Of a stretch of DNA of 64,000 bases, positions 10,025 through 18,882 are shown in pieces. The stretch is from Spirochaetales bacterium. GTDB taxonomy: Bacteria; Spirochaetota; Spirochaetia; SZUA-6; JAFGRV01. The stretch covers positions 31,625-95,624 of the forward strand of contig JAFGKU010000178.1 in assembly GCA_016928415.1 (NCBI GenBank). The letters are read 5' to 3'. The position numbers and the translations under genes are program-made. Position 1 is the stretch's first letter. Each line of letters starts with the position of its first letter. The notes below the pieces were generated by a model. It saw only the letters and a list, made by a program, of their open reading frames with translations, was not told the origin of the DNA and did no database searches.

Positions 10025-11134
10025 TTACTCAATTACGAAACCCCTGGTTTTAACCTGCTCCCTTATGGCAGAAAGGATTGCCTGGTCCAGCGTATCCTCG
10101 GTAGAATTCTTTTTCATTTCCGCCGTTACGTATTCCTGTCTCTTGATATTGAGCTCGTTTATTCTTTTCTGGAGACTGGCACGCTTTTCACTCATTTCCT
10201 TGACATATTCCTTTTTCTCCTTCCCGTTCATTCCCTTCATTTCCTCCGGCAGTTCCTCGTCCTTCAGCTTTTCAACATCAACAACTTCATTTTCAACGGC
10301 ATCGACCAGGTCCCAGCCATCATTGGAATAAACTTCCTGCGCCTTGGTTACATTACGCTCAACAAGTGAAGACATACCCATGCTGCCGGCATTGGCGTCC
10401 TGGACCGATTGCCTTTCCTTTTTTTCCTTACCGGTATCCCCATACGCCACATACGTTGCATTCAATTCATTGCCCAGCTCTACTATCTCCGAATCATAAG
10501 GTGTATTGATCTGAACAATCTGCTCGTTCTGATCTATGCTCATATACTTCCCGTCAGCCAGGTCGGCTCCGTCCTTCCAATACGTGTTGATACCCTCCGC
10601 ATGGTCTCCGCAAAAAATCGTATTGACAATGATTCCCCTGGCAATCGCCGCCGGACAGGCTTTCTTGTAGGAAACATTTCCCTGTGTGAATTCCTCGTTC
10701 CCCGCTATATATATCACCTTGAATACATTTTTATCCTCACTCCAGGATAACTTTGCCGCCGCCCTGTCTATCACCATGCCGCAATATTCCGAACCGCCGT
10801 TTGTCTTCAAGGCAAACAATTCCTCGGATATCTTGTCCAGGTCGACGGTGAGGTCTGAAATCATCCGCATGTAACCTTCGGAAGAAGGCAGGCCGTCATT
10901 ACCGTATTCAAAAAGGGCAACCTCCAGTTTCGGGTTTTTCCCGTTCCGCTTTGCCCTGGCAAGCTCATTGACTATCGTCCAAAGCTGGCTCTTGGCCTGG
11001 CCGATCAAACCGTCCATGCTGCCGCTTGTGTCCAGCAGTATCGCCATTTGAATCAACTCTTCACCAGCCAAAGTATTTATTCCGGTCGCAAAAAGTATTA
11101 AGCCGACTAAAACTCCCAATAATTTTCTATACAT
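10025..11134 (-). CDS. Secreted VWA domain protein with C-terminal coiled-coil
   Basis: 369 aa. Signal peptide. MIDAS motif AILLDTSGSMDG. Lys/Glu-rich helical C-terminus. Lies 11 nt downstream of the VIT-VWA gene on the same strand. Confidence 0.7.
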   Translation of the reverse strand: MYRKLLGVLVGLILFATGINTLAGEELIQMAILLDTSGSMDGLIGQAKSQLWTIVNELARAKRNGKNPKLEVALFEYGNDGLPSSEGYMRMISDLTVDLDKISEELFALKTNGGSEYCGMVIDRAAAKLSWSEDKNVFKVIYIAGNEEFTQGNVSYKKACPAAIARGIIVNTIFCGDHAEGINTYWKDGADLADGKYMSIDQNEQIVQINTPYDSEIVELGNELNATYVAYGDTGKEKKERQSVQDANAGSMGMSSLVERNVTKAQEVYSNDGWDLVDAVENEVVDVEKLKDEELPEEMKGMNGKEKKEYVKEMSEKRASLQKRINELNIKRQEYVTAEMKKNSTEDTLDQAILSAIREQVKTRGFVIE

Positions 11135-11312
11135 AATAAGCTCCTTTCATTATTAAACTTACCTCATTCCGCTTACCCGGTTGTCATGACCATGTAAAAG
11201 ATATGTAAAAAAATTGTAAAGAATCGCTTTAGCGATTTGGTGTCCTGTGGGTGGGCAAAAAAAAGCCGACCTCCCGCCTGGGGAGACCGGCAAAATTACA
11301 CTTTAAGAATAT

Positions 11313-12050
11313 TTATTCTTCGTCGTCAGGGATATACGTCCCCTCCCGTTCTTCACCTTCGATACTCGGTATTATAAAAACCTGTCCGGGATTGATTAAG
11401 CTGGGATTATTGGGATTTTTGAGTTTCGATTTGTTCGCCTGGTACAGTATCTTCCATTTCTTCGCGTCGTTATAAACAAAGGGATAAGCGGCGATGTTCC
11501 AAAAGCAATCACGATTACCCACTATTTTTCGCACCTTGTAATACTTGGGAAGCATCCCGTCCTCCGTGGGATGGAAATTCGACCCCCTCATCGTGATCTT
11601 TTCTTCCAGGTCGTTGAGTTTTTGAAGGGCGCTGTTGGAATAGTCGATGCTGGTTTGATAATCACCGTCATCATAGTTGCTCTTGGCCGAATTGTAATCC
11701 TCTACCGCGCTGTTATATTCATCGGCGAAATCCTTGTCCGCACCGCTGCGTTTGGCGGCGGTCAATTTATCTTCAACGGCTTGAATCAGGCCGTTTGACC
11801 TGTATTTAATCGACATGGCTTCCGCATATTCCAGCGCTTTCCTGGAATGCTCCTTTGCCAGTTCGGCATATTCATACGCCTTATCATAATCACCCATATC
11901 AAAAGCTTCTTCAGAAAGCCTTTGATATTCCTGGGCTTTTTTGTAATCCTCACTCTGTGTGAGCAAAGACTGTGCCTGCACAAAATTTACGATAACCAAA
12001 AAGATCAATACACAAAAGGCTATTTTTTTCATCGTCTTCTCCTTTCTCAA
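11313..12050 (-). CDS. Secreted helical (TPR-like) protein with C-terminal LysM-like peptidoglycan-binding domain
   Basis: 245 aa. Signal peptide MKKIAFCVLIFLVIVNFVQAQS. Tyr/Glu/Ala-rich helical repeats. C-terminal YKVRK..DCFWNIAAYPFVYNDAKKWKILYQANKSKLKNPNNPSLINPGQVFIIP resembles LysM. Confidence 0.55.
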   Translation of the reverse strand: MRKEKTMKKIAFCVLIFLVIVNFVQAQSLLTQSEDYKKAQEYQRLSEEAFDMGDYDKAYEYAELAKEHSRKALEYAEAMSIKYRSNGLIQAVEDKLTAAKRSGADKDFADEYNSAVEDYNSAKSNYDDGDYQTSIDYSNSALQKLNDLEEKITMRGSNFHPTEDGMLPKYYKVRKIVGNRDCFWNIAAYPFVYNDAKKWKILYQANKSKLKNPNNPSLINPGQVFIIPSIEGEEREGTYIPDDEE

Positions 12051-12055
12051 CCTGC

Positions 12056-12667
12056 TTATTGGTCTTCTTCCAGCTCTGCCGCTCTGTCTTCGAGGGACTT
12101 CATATCACTGGAAACCTCTGCCATCGACTTTTCGGCCTTATCCCGCTTTTCCTTTGCCTTTGCATAAACACCGTCAAAGAGTTCCTTTGCCTGAATGAAC
12201 AGGTCTGAAGCTTCCTCGTCATTTCCGGCATCCATCTCGGCCTTGGCTTTGTCATATATTTCTTTGGCCGCCACATAATCATCCTTGACAGCGACATTGG
12301 CCTTGATCGTATCCGCCTGCTGTTTAATTTTATCCGCGTCATCGAAGCTTTTAGCCACAAGGGATTTTAACCCTGCCCTGATTACGGACCTGTAACTTAC
12401 GATGGCGGCGTCAAACGCATCTTTGGATGCCTGGTTGTCTTTATTGTAATTTTCTTCACCGACTTTGAAACTTGTTTCTCCGGCCTGAAAGTCCTCTGCC
12501 GAATATTCTTTCAATCCGAATTTTTCTATTTTACTCCTCAATTTTTTTGCCTGTTCGTATTCCTCTTCAGGTAAAGCTACATTCTGGGGCGGTGGTGTGG
12601 ACGGACATCCCGTTAAGAGCAACAGGAGTATGCAGCCAAGAGTAACTATCAATACACTCTTTTTCAT
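12056..12667 (-). CDS. Lipoprotein, coiled-coil, unknown function
   Basis: 203 aa. Lipobox LLLTGC after a signal peptide. Ala/Lys/Glu/Asp-rich helical body. Sits 5 nt upstream of the LysM gene on the same strand. Confidence 0.5.
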   Translation of the reverse strand: MKKSVLIVTLGCILLLLLTGCPSTPPPQNVALPEEEYEQAKKLRSKIEKFGLKEYSAEDFQAGETSFKVGEENYNKDNQASKDAFDAAIVSYRSVIRAGLKSLVAKSFDDADKIKQQADTIKANVAVKDDYVAAKEIYDKAKAEMDAGNDEEASDLFIQAKELFDGVYAKAKEKRDKAEKSMAEVSSDMKSLEDRAAELEEDQ

Positions 12668-12930
12668 TATAGATACCTCCTAAATATATAATACAACAAT
12701 AACACTCCGATCATCTCATCCGACGATCAAACGTGCTATTCCTCGGAAATCCACCTCTTCAATAGATTGTAACCAAAACATGGTTTAAGTATTAATATAC
12801 CATAAAAAATGGTGGATTTCACGCCATTTAAACGTAATACCCCTTATTATAGAATCAAACAAACAATAATTCAAATAAAATAAAAAAATAACAACCAATT
12901 CCGGTAACACCATAAAAACCTAATAATTAC

Positions 12931-12958
12931 AATAAAAAGAGTCAACCTCAAGGTTGAA
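12931..12958 (-). terminator. Rho-independent terminator downstream of lepB (minus strand)
   Basis: TCAACC-tcaa-GGTTGA hairpin (12942-12957). On the minus strand it is followed by CTCTTTTTATTG, 20 nt past the lepB stop. Confidence 0.5.
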
Positions 12959-12977
12959 TAAACGGTTATTGGTGTTT

Positions 12978-14936
12978 TCAATCAGAAATAATGCCCATCC
13001 TGTCTAGAGGCCAGATTCTGGCAACGGCAAATCCCAGTATATTCTCCTCCGGCAGGAGGAACGGCTGCAGATTGGATTCATACCGGCATGGATAAGCATC
13101 ATGTTCCGTTAAATTACGAATAAAACTATTACCATGGTAATACCTGAAATCCAGAGAATTATACCTGTTGTCACCCATCAGAAAGTATTTTCCTTCCGGT
13201 ATATAATTGTCTTTTCCGGCGGGAAACTCAGGGAAGTTCCGGTAATCATACAACCTCAAATATCTGAAATACAAGTTCAGCATGTTATCAAACATCAGCT
13301 TGACTTCCGTATCTGTATCGAAAACGTCCAGTGAAGGCTCAGGCTGGTTCATGATATCAAGATACACATTGAACCTGTCTAAAATGTAACTTTTTACCTG
13401 CAGGTTTAATTTGATACTGTCTTCTTCAAAACGGTTAAGCTCTCCCGTTTCATTCACATTACGGGAATACAGGCCGGCGTCAATAAATTTTTCAAAAAAG
13501 GCCTGTTCACCGATGTCCCCTATGAAGGAAATGAAAAACCGCAGGTCCACACTGATAAAGCCGAATTTATTTTCAAGTTTACCGAAGTACTTGCGCCTTA
13601 TTTCAGTGGTTTGCGGAAGGTAATACAAATAAGAGCTGACCCATTGGTAAAATTTAACGTTATCTCCCGCCAGGCCATCCCTGATCTTCACATAATCAAC
13701 CGTGTCTAGGGGAAAGAATAATTCCTTGATCACCGCCTCAAATCGCCGGATATTTGCGTCCGTAACATTCTTAAGCTTCAGTTTATACTGTTTCCACCTT
13801 TCCTCGAGCCGGTTTGCGAAATAACCTATGGAATTACCCGCTTTATAATCGTCCCATTCACCCAGCAAATTCCTCATATTGATATCGATGGGTACATGGG
13901 AGATCCTGCTGAGTATACCCATGTCTTCATTATATAAATCCGTTTGAGAATATTTCTCATCATCGATTTCAAGTTTTTTGAAGTCACTGTCTCCTTGATT
14001 CCTTATATAAACCGTATCGTCTATCATCATCAATTTATCACCGGGAACGCCTATCAAACGCTTGACAACAAAATGCACACGCGTGTTGCCCGCTTCATCC
14101 TGGTCAATATCAAGGTTTCCCAGCGTAAGGTAAAAAACGAGCTGCTGGAACAAAAGCTTTACCAGGGAAGGCTGCGTATAATCCGGGCTCTCGAAAACGA
14201 CTACATTCCCCCGTTGCGGTTTTATTAATGTCGGCAGACGTAATTCGGTAAGGGGTATTGTCGGTCCCGACTGGAATTTTGTAACGAACGTTTTATCTCT
14301 TATCAGAAAGGTGGGAACCATCGACTCACTGGGAATTTCATACAGCTGGAAAAGAAAGTGCTGCAGGATGATTACCATTATGATGGCCTGAATCACGACA
14401 TGGACGTATTCTTCAATTATCTCAGGAATGCTTCTTTTCTTTTTGGCCTTGGCTTTCTTTTTGGCCTTCCGTTCCTTCCAGTCCTTTTCCGTTATGACTC
14501 CCCATTTTATTCTGGTAACATGAAACCGGACCATTAAATAAGTGACAGCCGGAAATACCGTAGAAATAAAGCTGAGTACCCAGAGGTCAAAAACCCGGTC
14601 GGGAGTCAATAGATTCTGCATTTCCCAGGAAAGACGGGGCAGCGCATAACTTACGTATACCCCGACTACAGCATACCCGACGTACATTTGAAAAATGGCA
14701 TACTTTTTAATGTTCTTTCGAATGAATAATTCCCAGAGAAAATAGAAATTCGCCGCAGTAAATCCAATCTTTATGATAATGGATACCAGCACCCAGGCAT
14801 CAAACGGTGAAAAACCCGTGACAAAAATGGATAAAAATGAATCAATGGTCCATAAAAGGGTCAATATAAAGGGAATGAGCCAGAATATATCGGTTGCCGA
14901 TATCCTGATTTCGTTTAATAGACTTTTTTTCTCCAT
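12978..14936 (-). CDS. lepB: Signal peptidase I (unusually large, N-terminal multi-TM extension and internal insertion)
   Basis: 652 aa. Box B catalytic Ser: IPSESMVPTF. Box C: GVPGDKLMM. Box D catalytic Lys region: YFLMGDNRYNSLDFRYYHG. Box E: GFAVARIWPLDRMG. About 170-aa N-terminal region with about 4 TM helices and a KAKKKAKAKKKR stretch. About 250-aa insertion between boxes C and D. Confidence 0.8.
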   Translation of the reverse strand: MEKKSLLNEIRISATDIFWLIPFILTLLWTIDSFLSIFVTGFSPFDAWVLVSIIIKIGFTAANFYFLWELFIRKNIKKYAIFQMYVGYAVVGVYVSYALPRLSWEMQNLLTPDRVFDLWVLSFISTVFPAVTYLMVRFHVTRIKWGVITEKDWKERKAKKKAKAKKKRSIPEIIEEYVHVVIQAIIMVIILQHFLFQLYEIPSESMVPTFLIRDKTFVTKFQSGPTIPLTELRLPTLIKPQRGNVVVFESPDYTQPSLVKLLFQQLVFYLTLGNLDIDQDEAGNTRVHFVVKRLIGVPGDKLMMIDDTVYIRNQGDSDFKKLEIDDEKYSQTDLYNEDMGILSRISHVPIDINMRNLLGEWDDYKAGNSIGYFANRLEERWKQYKLKLKNVTDANIRRFEAVIKELFFPLDTVDYVKIRDGLAGDNVKFYQWVSSYLYYLPQTTEIRRKYFGKLENKFGFISVDLRFFISFIGDIGEQAFFEKFIDAGLYSRNVNETGELNRFEEDSIKLNLQVKSYILDRFNVYLDIMNQPEPSLDVFDTDTEVKLMFDNMLNLYFRYLRLYDYRNFPEFPAGKDNYIPEGKYFLMGDNRYNSLDFRYYHGNSFIRNLTEHDAYPCRYESNLQPFLLPEENILGFAVARIWPLDRMGIISD

Positions 14937-15278
14937 ACCATCACGTCCTTTCCTTCAAGCCATGCAAGTGAATCCTGAACCGTTTTACAGCTGAACTATT
15001 ACATTTTTATCAAAATCCCTATTTAAAATCAATTATTTTTTACATTTTTTAATGACCAGGAACAATATTTTATATCTTGACAGAAAAAGGTGACCGATAT
15101 CCTTTCAAGATAAAAGAAGGTGAAATACCACGCGATTCATGGAAAAGGCAAGATAAAATGAACTGACAGATAAAAAATTCCGAAATCACAAAATAGAAAG
15201 ACCTTTGACAAAAATTTTCTCTTGTCAACTCTGTAAAACGCCATTACGATAAAATAATAATTTAAAGGAGGACTATAA

Positions 15279-15848
15279 ATGAAATTAGAAACAATACTTT
15301 TCCCTGTGCTTTTATTTGCTTTAAGTTTATTAATACTGTCATGCGTGAGTGGCCCCTCATCCAATCAGCAAGGGAAAGTCAAGATATTTCAGGATTTTGA
15401 AAGCGGTCAGGGATTGGCCGCAGGTGATAGTGCCATGGTTGATCTTGATAAAAGCGGAATCGATTCAAATAGCACCCAATGTGCTAAATTATCATTTGAA
15501 ACAACCGGTGACCCGGGAGAATCCTCTCAATGTGTCATCGTTACCTCCAATGACGGTTCAGCCATTGACACATCGGATTACTCATACCTCAATTTTTACA
15601 TACTCGATACACAAGGCGCCAATACGCACAAGGTGACCGTATTGGATGAATCCGAAGCCATTTGGAGCGGATGGGTCGATATAAAATCGAAAAAAAATAC
15701 ATGGGTTAAAATAACCCTGTCGCTGCGGGCATTATCCTCTCTCGATAGAAAGGCGATTAAAGAAATCCGTATCGGTGAGTGGAATGCGGGTACCTACTTC
15801 TTCGACAATATTTACTTTTCGGAAAAAAAGACAGCTCTGTTGCAGTAA
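15279..15848 (+). CDS. Lipoprotein, unknown function (possible carbohydrate-binding-like fold)
   Basis: 189 aa. Signal peptide plus lipobox LILSCVSG. Strong RBS AAAGGAGG 8 nt upstream. No catalytic motif recognised. Confidence 0.5.
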   Translation: MKLETILFPVLLFALSLLILSCVSGPSSNQQGKVKIFQDFESGQGLAAGDSAMVDLDKSGIDSNSTQCAKLSFETTGDPGESSQCVIVTSNDGSAIDTSDYSYLNFYILDTQGANTHKVTVLDESEAIWSGWVDIKSKKNTWVKITLSLRALSSLDRKAIKEIRIGEWNAGTYFFDNIYFSEKKTALLQ

Positions 15849-15894
15849 TAGGCAAACCCGGTAAATTCCGGGTAATCTGAATATAACGGAGATT

Positions 15895-16773
15895 TTAACC
15901 GAAGCCGGGAAATAACCGGATAAAAACTTCAGGCAGCTTGATTGTAAAACGGCATACCCTGGATTCATAGGGATGCGGGAAGGAAAGGGAGGTACAGCAG
16001 AGAAGAAATCCCTTAATTCCGTACTCCCTGGAAAATTCCCTGTTCAAGCTCCATATACCGTATTCTTTATCTCCGGCCAAAGGGAGACCGGCACCGGATA
16101 AATGACGTCTTATCTGGTGCTTTTTACCCGTGCCAGGTTTAATTCGCAGCAGGCTTAAGCCGCCTTCCTTCCAGGCAGTCCAGCCTTCCAGGACATACTC
16201 GGTGACTGCCCGGCGTCCTTCAAGAGATTCCGATATAACGTCCCGTTCCGGCGACTTTCCGAATATAACGGCAAAATACTCTTTATCAACTTTTTGCCGG
16301 TTAAAAAGAAGGTTTATTTCCCTGGCCGATTCCCTGGATTTTGCCACGATAAGGAGGCCCGAGGTATCACGGTCAAGCCTGTGGGTCAGGAAAGGGGAAA
16401 AACCTTTATCATTCCCGTAATAAGCAAGACCGCTAAGCAAAGTCCCCGAAGAAAGATTTTTACCGGGATGAACGGCGATACCGCGCGGTTTATTGATTAC
16501 CATGAAATAATCATCCTCATAAACAACTTCAAAATGCTGTTTTACAGGAACAACTCCGGAATGGTCGTATGTGCTGCTGTAGTACGTCTTGAATTCAACC
16601 TCATCCCCGATAATAACCCTCAATTTAGGGTCCTTGTTTTTTTTGCCATTGACCGCTACCCTTCCCTTCCTCAATGCCGAGTAAATACCGGCCCTGGGAA
16701 CGTCTTTCAAGGCCTGCATCAGGAATTGATCAAGCCTTTGCCCGGCATTATCTTCCGTAACGGTGATTTTCAT
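15895..16773 (-). CDS. RluA-family 23S rRNA pseudouridine synthase (RluC/RluD-like, S4 N-terminal domain)
   Basis: 292 aa. S4-like N-terminus (RLDQFLMQAL..SALRKGRVAVNGKK). Catalytic motif HRLDRDTSGLLIVAKS with the conserved Asp. Confidence 0.8.
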   Translation of the reverse strand: MKITVTEDNAGQRLDQFLMQALKDVPRAGIYSALRKGRVAVNGKKNKDPKLRVIIGDEVEFKTYYSSTYDHSGVVPVKQHFEVVYEDDYFMVINKPRGIAVHPGKNLSSGTLLSGLAYYGNDKGFSPFLTHRLDRDTSGLLIVAKSRESAREINLLFNRQKVDKEYFAVIFGKSPERDVISESLEGRRAVTEYVLEGWTAWKEGGLSLLRIKPGTGKKHQIRRHLSGAGLPLAGDKEYGIWSLNREFSREYGIKGFLLCCTSLSFPHPYESRVCRFTIKLPEVFIRLFPGFG

Positions 16774-16782
16774 TGAAGGGTA

Positions 16783-17772
16783 TTAATCCTTCCACCAGGA
16801 GGAGATGGATTTTATATATTCGTCATCCCAAATCGTGGCCAACTTGCATTTTTTTGTGCATTCCAGGCATTTCCCCGGCGAATAAAGGGTGTGTGATATG
16901 TATTTTTCTCCACCGTCAGGAAGCAGGGCGACAACGGTTCCCTTTGCCATCTGCCGGACAACCTCAATTGCCGCATGCATTATGGCGCCCGAAGAAATCC
17001 CGGAAAAAATACCTTCCCGTAACGTTAACAGCCTTGAAGTGTGTTCGGCTTCATCCGCCCCTGCATACACTTTTTGATCAAGCATTTTTTCATCATATAT
17101 CCCGGGCACGTAGGATTTTTTAAGATTTTTCAATCCCTGGATGATTTCACCTTCAACCGGCTCCACGCCTATTATCCGGACAGAGGGATTCAATTCCTTC
17201 AGACGTTTCGAGATACCCATCAGCGTTCCCGTGGTTCCAATTCCCGCAACAAAAACATCCACTGATCCGTCCAGGTCATTCCATATTTCTCCGGCAGTAA
17301 ATTGATAATGGGCCAGCGGATTGTTTGGATTGGCATACTGATTCAGGTAAAAATACTTTTCAGGATTATCGGCGACGGCTTTCCGGACATAATCCTCCGC
17401 TCCGTTCATTCCTTCTTTTCCAGGTACGAGTGTTATTTTGGCGCCGTGGGCAATCATGATTTTACGTCTCTCAATGGACATGCTGTCCGGCATAACGATT
17501 TCCAGCGCGTATCCCTTCACCGCGCATACAAGAGCCAGACCGATGCCGGTATTTCCTGAACTCGGTTCTATTATGATCTTATCCCTTGTCAGCCGCCCGT
17601 CCTTCTCGGCCGCTTCTATCATATTTAAGGCAATCCTGTCCTTGACGGAACCTCCCGGATTGAATTTTTCGAGCTTGGCAAGCAGGAGGACTTTTGGATT
17701 CGGGTTAAGCTTGTTTATCCGAACCAGGGGAGAACCGCCTATGAGTTTGAGAATGGAGTCATAATATTTCAT
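16783..17772 (-). CDS. cysK: Cysteine synthase (O-acetylserine sulfhydrylase) family, PLP-dependent
   Basis: Probable true start at the ATG MKYYDSILKLIGGSPLV (ORF-track residue 40; the track extends to 17889). PLP lysine region GSVKDRIAL. Gly-rich loop SSGNTGIGLALV. About 330 aa with a short Cys-rich C-terminal tail (CLECTKKCK). Confidence 0.8.
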   Translation of the reverse strand: MKYYDSILKLIGGSPLVRINKLNPNPKVLLLAKLEKFNPGGSVKDRIALNMIEAAEKDGRLTRDKIIIEPSSGNTGIGLALVCAVKGYALEIVMPDSMSIERRKIMIAHGAKITLVPGKEGMNGAEDYVRKAVADNPEKYFYLNQYANPNNPLAHYQFTAGEIWNDLDGSVDVFVAGIGTTGTLMGISKRLKELNPSVRIIGVEPVEGEIIQGLKNLKKSYVPGIYDEKMLDQKVYAGADEAEHTSRLLTLREGIFSGISSGAIMHAAIEVVRQMAKGTVVALLPDGGEKYISHTLYSPGKCLECTKKCKLATIWDDEYIKSISSWWKD

Positions 17773-17981
17773 TACCTGACCTCTTTGGAAAAGTTTTTCA
17801 CTTATTGCCCTTGTTGTCAAGATAGTTGAAAATATCTCTAAAATATAGTATTTATTGCAATACACAGAAATAAACACCAAAAAGAGCACAAGATAGTACT
17901 ATGATTAGCAAAATCTTCCTCTTTTTTTTTAAGAGCGATTAATTTAAAATTACCCGATCAAAAACTCATTAAGGAGAGAAT

Positions 17982-18470
17982 ATGAATAAAAAAAGCATGT
18001 TAATTATCTCATTATTTGTCGGCCTCGCCGCAGTGGCTATTATCAGCTGTGTTTCATCACCAGCTGAAGCCGTAAATCTGGCTTTGGGAAAAACAGCCGT
18101 TGCCTCATCCGTTGAAAGTGATACATTAGGCCCAGAAAACACTATAGACGGCAATAAGAAGTCCCGCTGGTCAACGGACTGGCAGAATGATGAAAATCCT
18201 GATGTTGGCTGGATCTATGTCGACCTCGGGTCAAAAACGCCGATCAAAACGGTCCAGCTCACCTGGGAAGCCGCATTCGGTAAAGTATACAATATTCAGG
18301 TTTCCGATGACGCTGAAAACTGGAATACTGTTCTTGAAGTGTCAAATGGCAAAGAAGGAAAAAATACCTATGAAATACCGGCAGGAACCGAAGGGCGATA
18401 TGTCAAAATAGATGGCGTTCAACGCGGAACATCCTGGGGTTATTCCTTATTTGAATTTGAAGTGTTCTGA
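17982..18470 (+). CDS. Small secreted F5/8 type C (discoidin) domain protein
   Basis: 162 aa. Signal peptide. NLALGKTAVASS..ENTIDGNKKSRWSTDW..YVKIDG..LFEFEVF, typical of discoidin / F5/8-C carbohydrate-binding domains. RBS AAGGAGAG upstream. Confidence 0.7.
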   Translation: MNKKSMLIISLFVGLAAVAIISCVSSPAEAVNLALGKTAVASSVESDTLGPENTIDGNKKSRWSTDWQNDENPDVGWIYVDLGSKTPIKTVQLTWEAAFGKVYNIQVSDDAENWNTVLEVSNGKEGKNTYEIPAGTEGRYVKIDGVQRGTSWGYSLFEFEVF

Positions 18471-18494
18471 TATAATTTCACTAAAACATGAACA

Positions 18495-18532
18495 AAAAAA
18501 GACTGTCCTTTTTCAAGGCAGTCTTTTTTTTG
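18495..18532 (+). terminator. Rho-independent terminator after discoidin gene
   Basis: A7-GACTGtCCTT-tttc-AAGGCAGTC-T8. Strong stem with a one-nt bulge and a long U-tract. Confidence 0.65.
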
Positions 18533-18840
18533 CTTCGCACAAGACCCGAAATCGCAGTAGCGATTTTTCCCAGAAAAACAAAGAGAAACCGCATAAAATA
18601 TAAGGCGGGGTTCAGGAATGCGGGGTATTGTATGGTAAGGGAAGATTTTTATGGAAATTGCAAGGGTCCGTTCCATTAAACCCCCCCATTGCTGATCTAT
18701 CGGCAATAAGGAACGAACCTCGAGTTTTTCCTCTTCTTATTTTACGGCAGGCATCTCCTTTCAAAGATGCCTGGGTAACATTTTTTAACTCCTTTGATGA
18801 AAGCTGCAGCTCACCCCGGCTGCAGCTTTTTAATAATAAT

Positions 18841-18869
18841 TTGACTTATAATTCTGTTTTGCCTACAAT
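18841..18869 (+). promoter_or_regulatory. Sigma-70-like promoter for MCP gene
   Basis: TTGACT (18841-18846), 17-nt spacer, TACAAT (18864-18869). The ATG at 18883 lies 14 nt downstream, giving a very short leader. Confidence 0.4.
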
Positions 18870-18882
18870 CTATTGTATATAT

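Noticed and set aside
9384-10331. 315-aa plus-strand ORF
   Set aside because: Antisense to, and entirely within, the two well-supported VWA genes. Low-complexity translation and no RBS. Shadow ORF.
17773-17889. N-terminal extension of the cysteine synthase ORF
   Set aside because: The extension is hydrophobic junk (MLFLVFISVYCNKYYILEIF..). The family N-terminus starts at MKYYDSILKLIGG.
18628-18882. N-terminal extension of the MCP ORF in the track
   Set aside because: It crosses terminator-like hairpins and the TTGACT-17-TACAAT promoter. The conserved-looking protein begins at the ATG at 18883.
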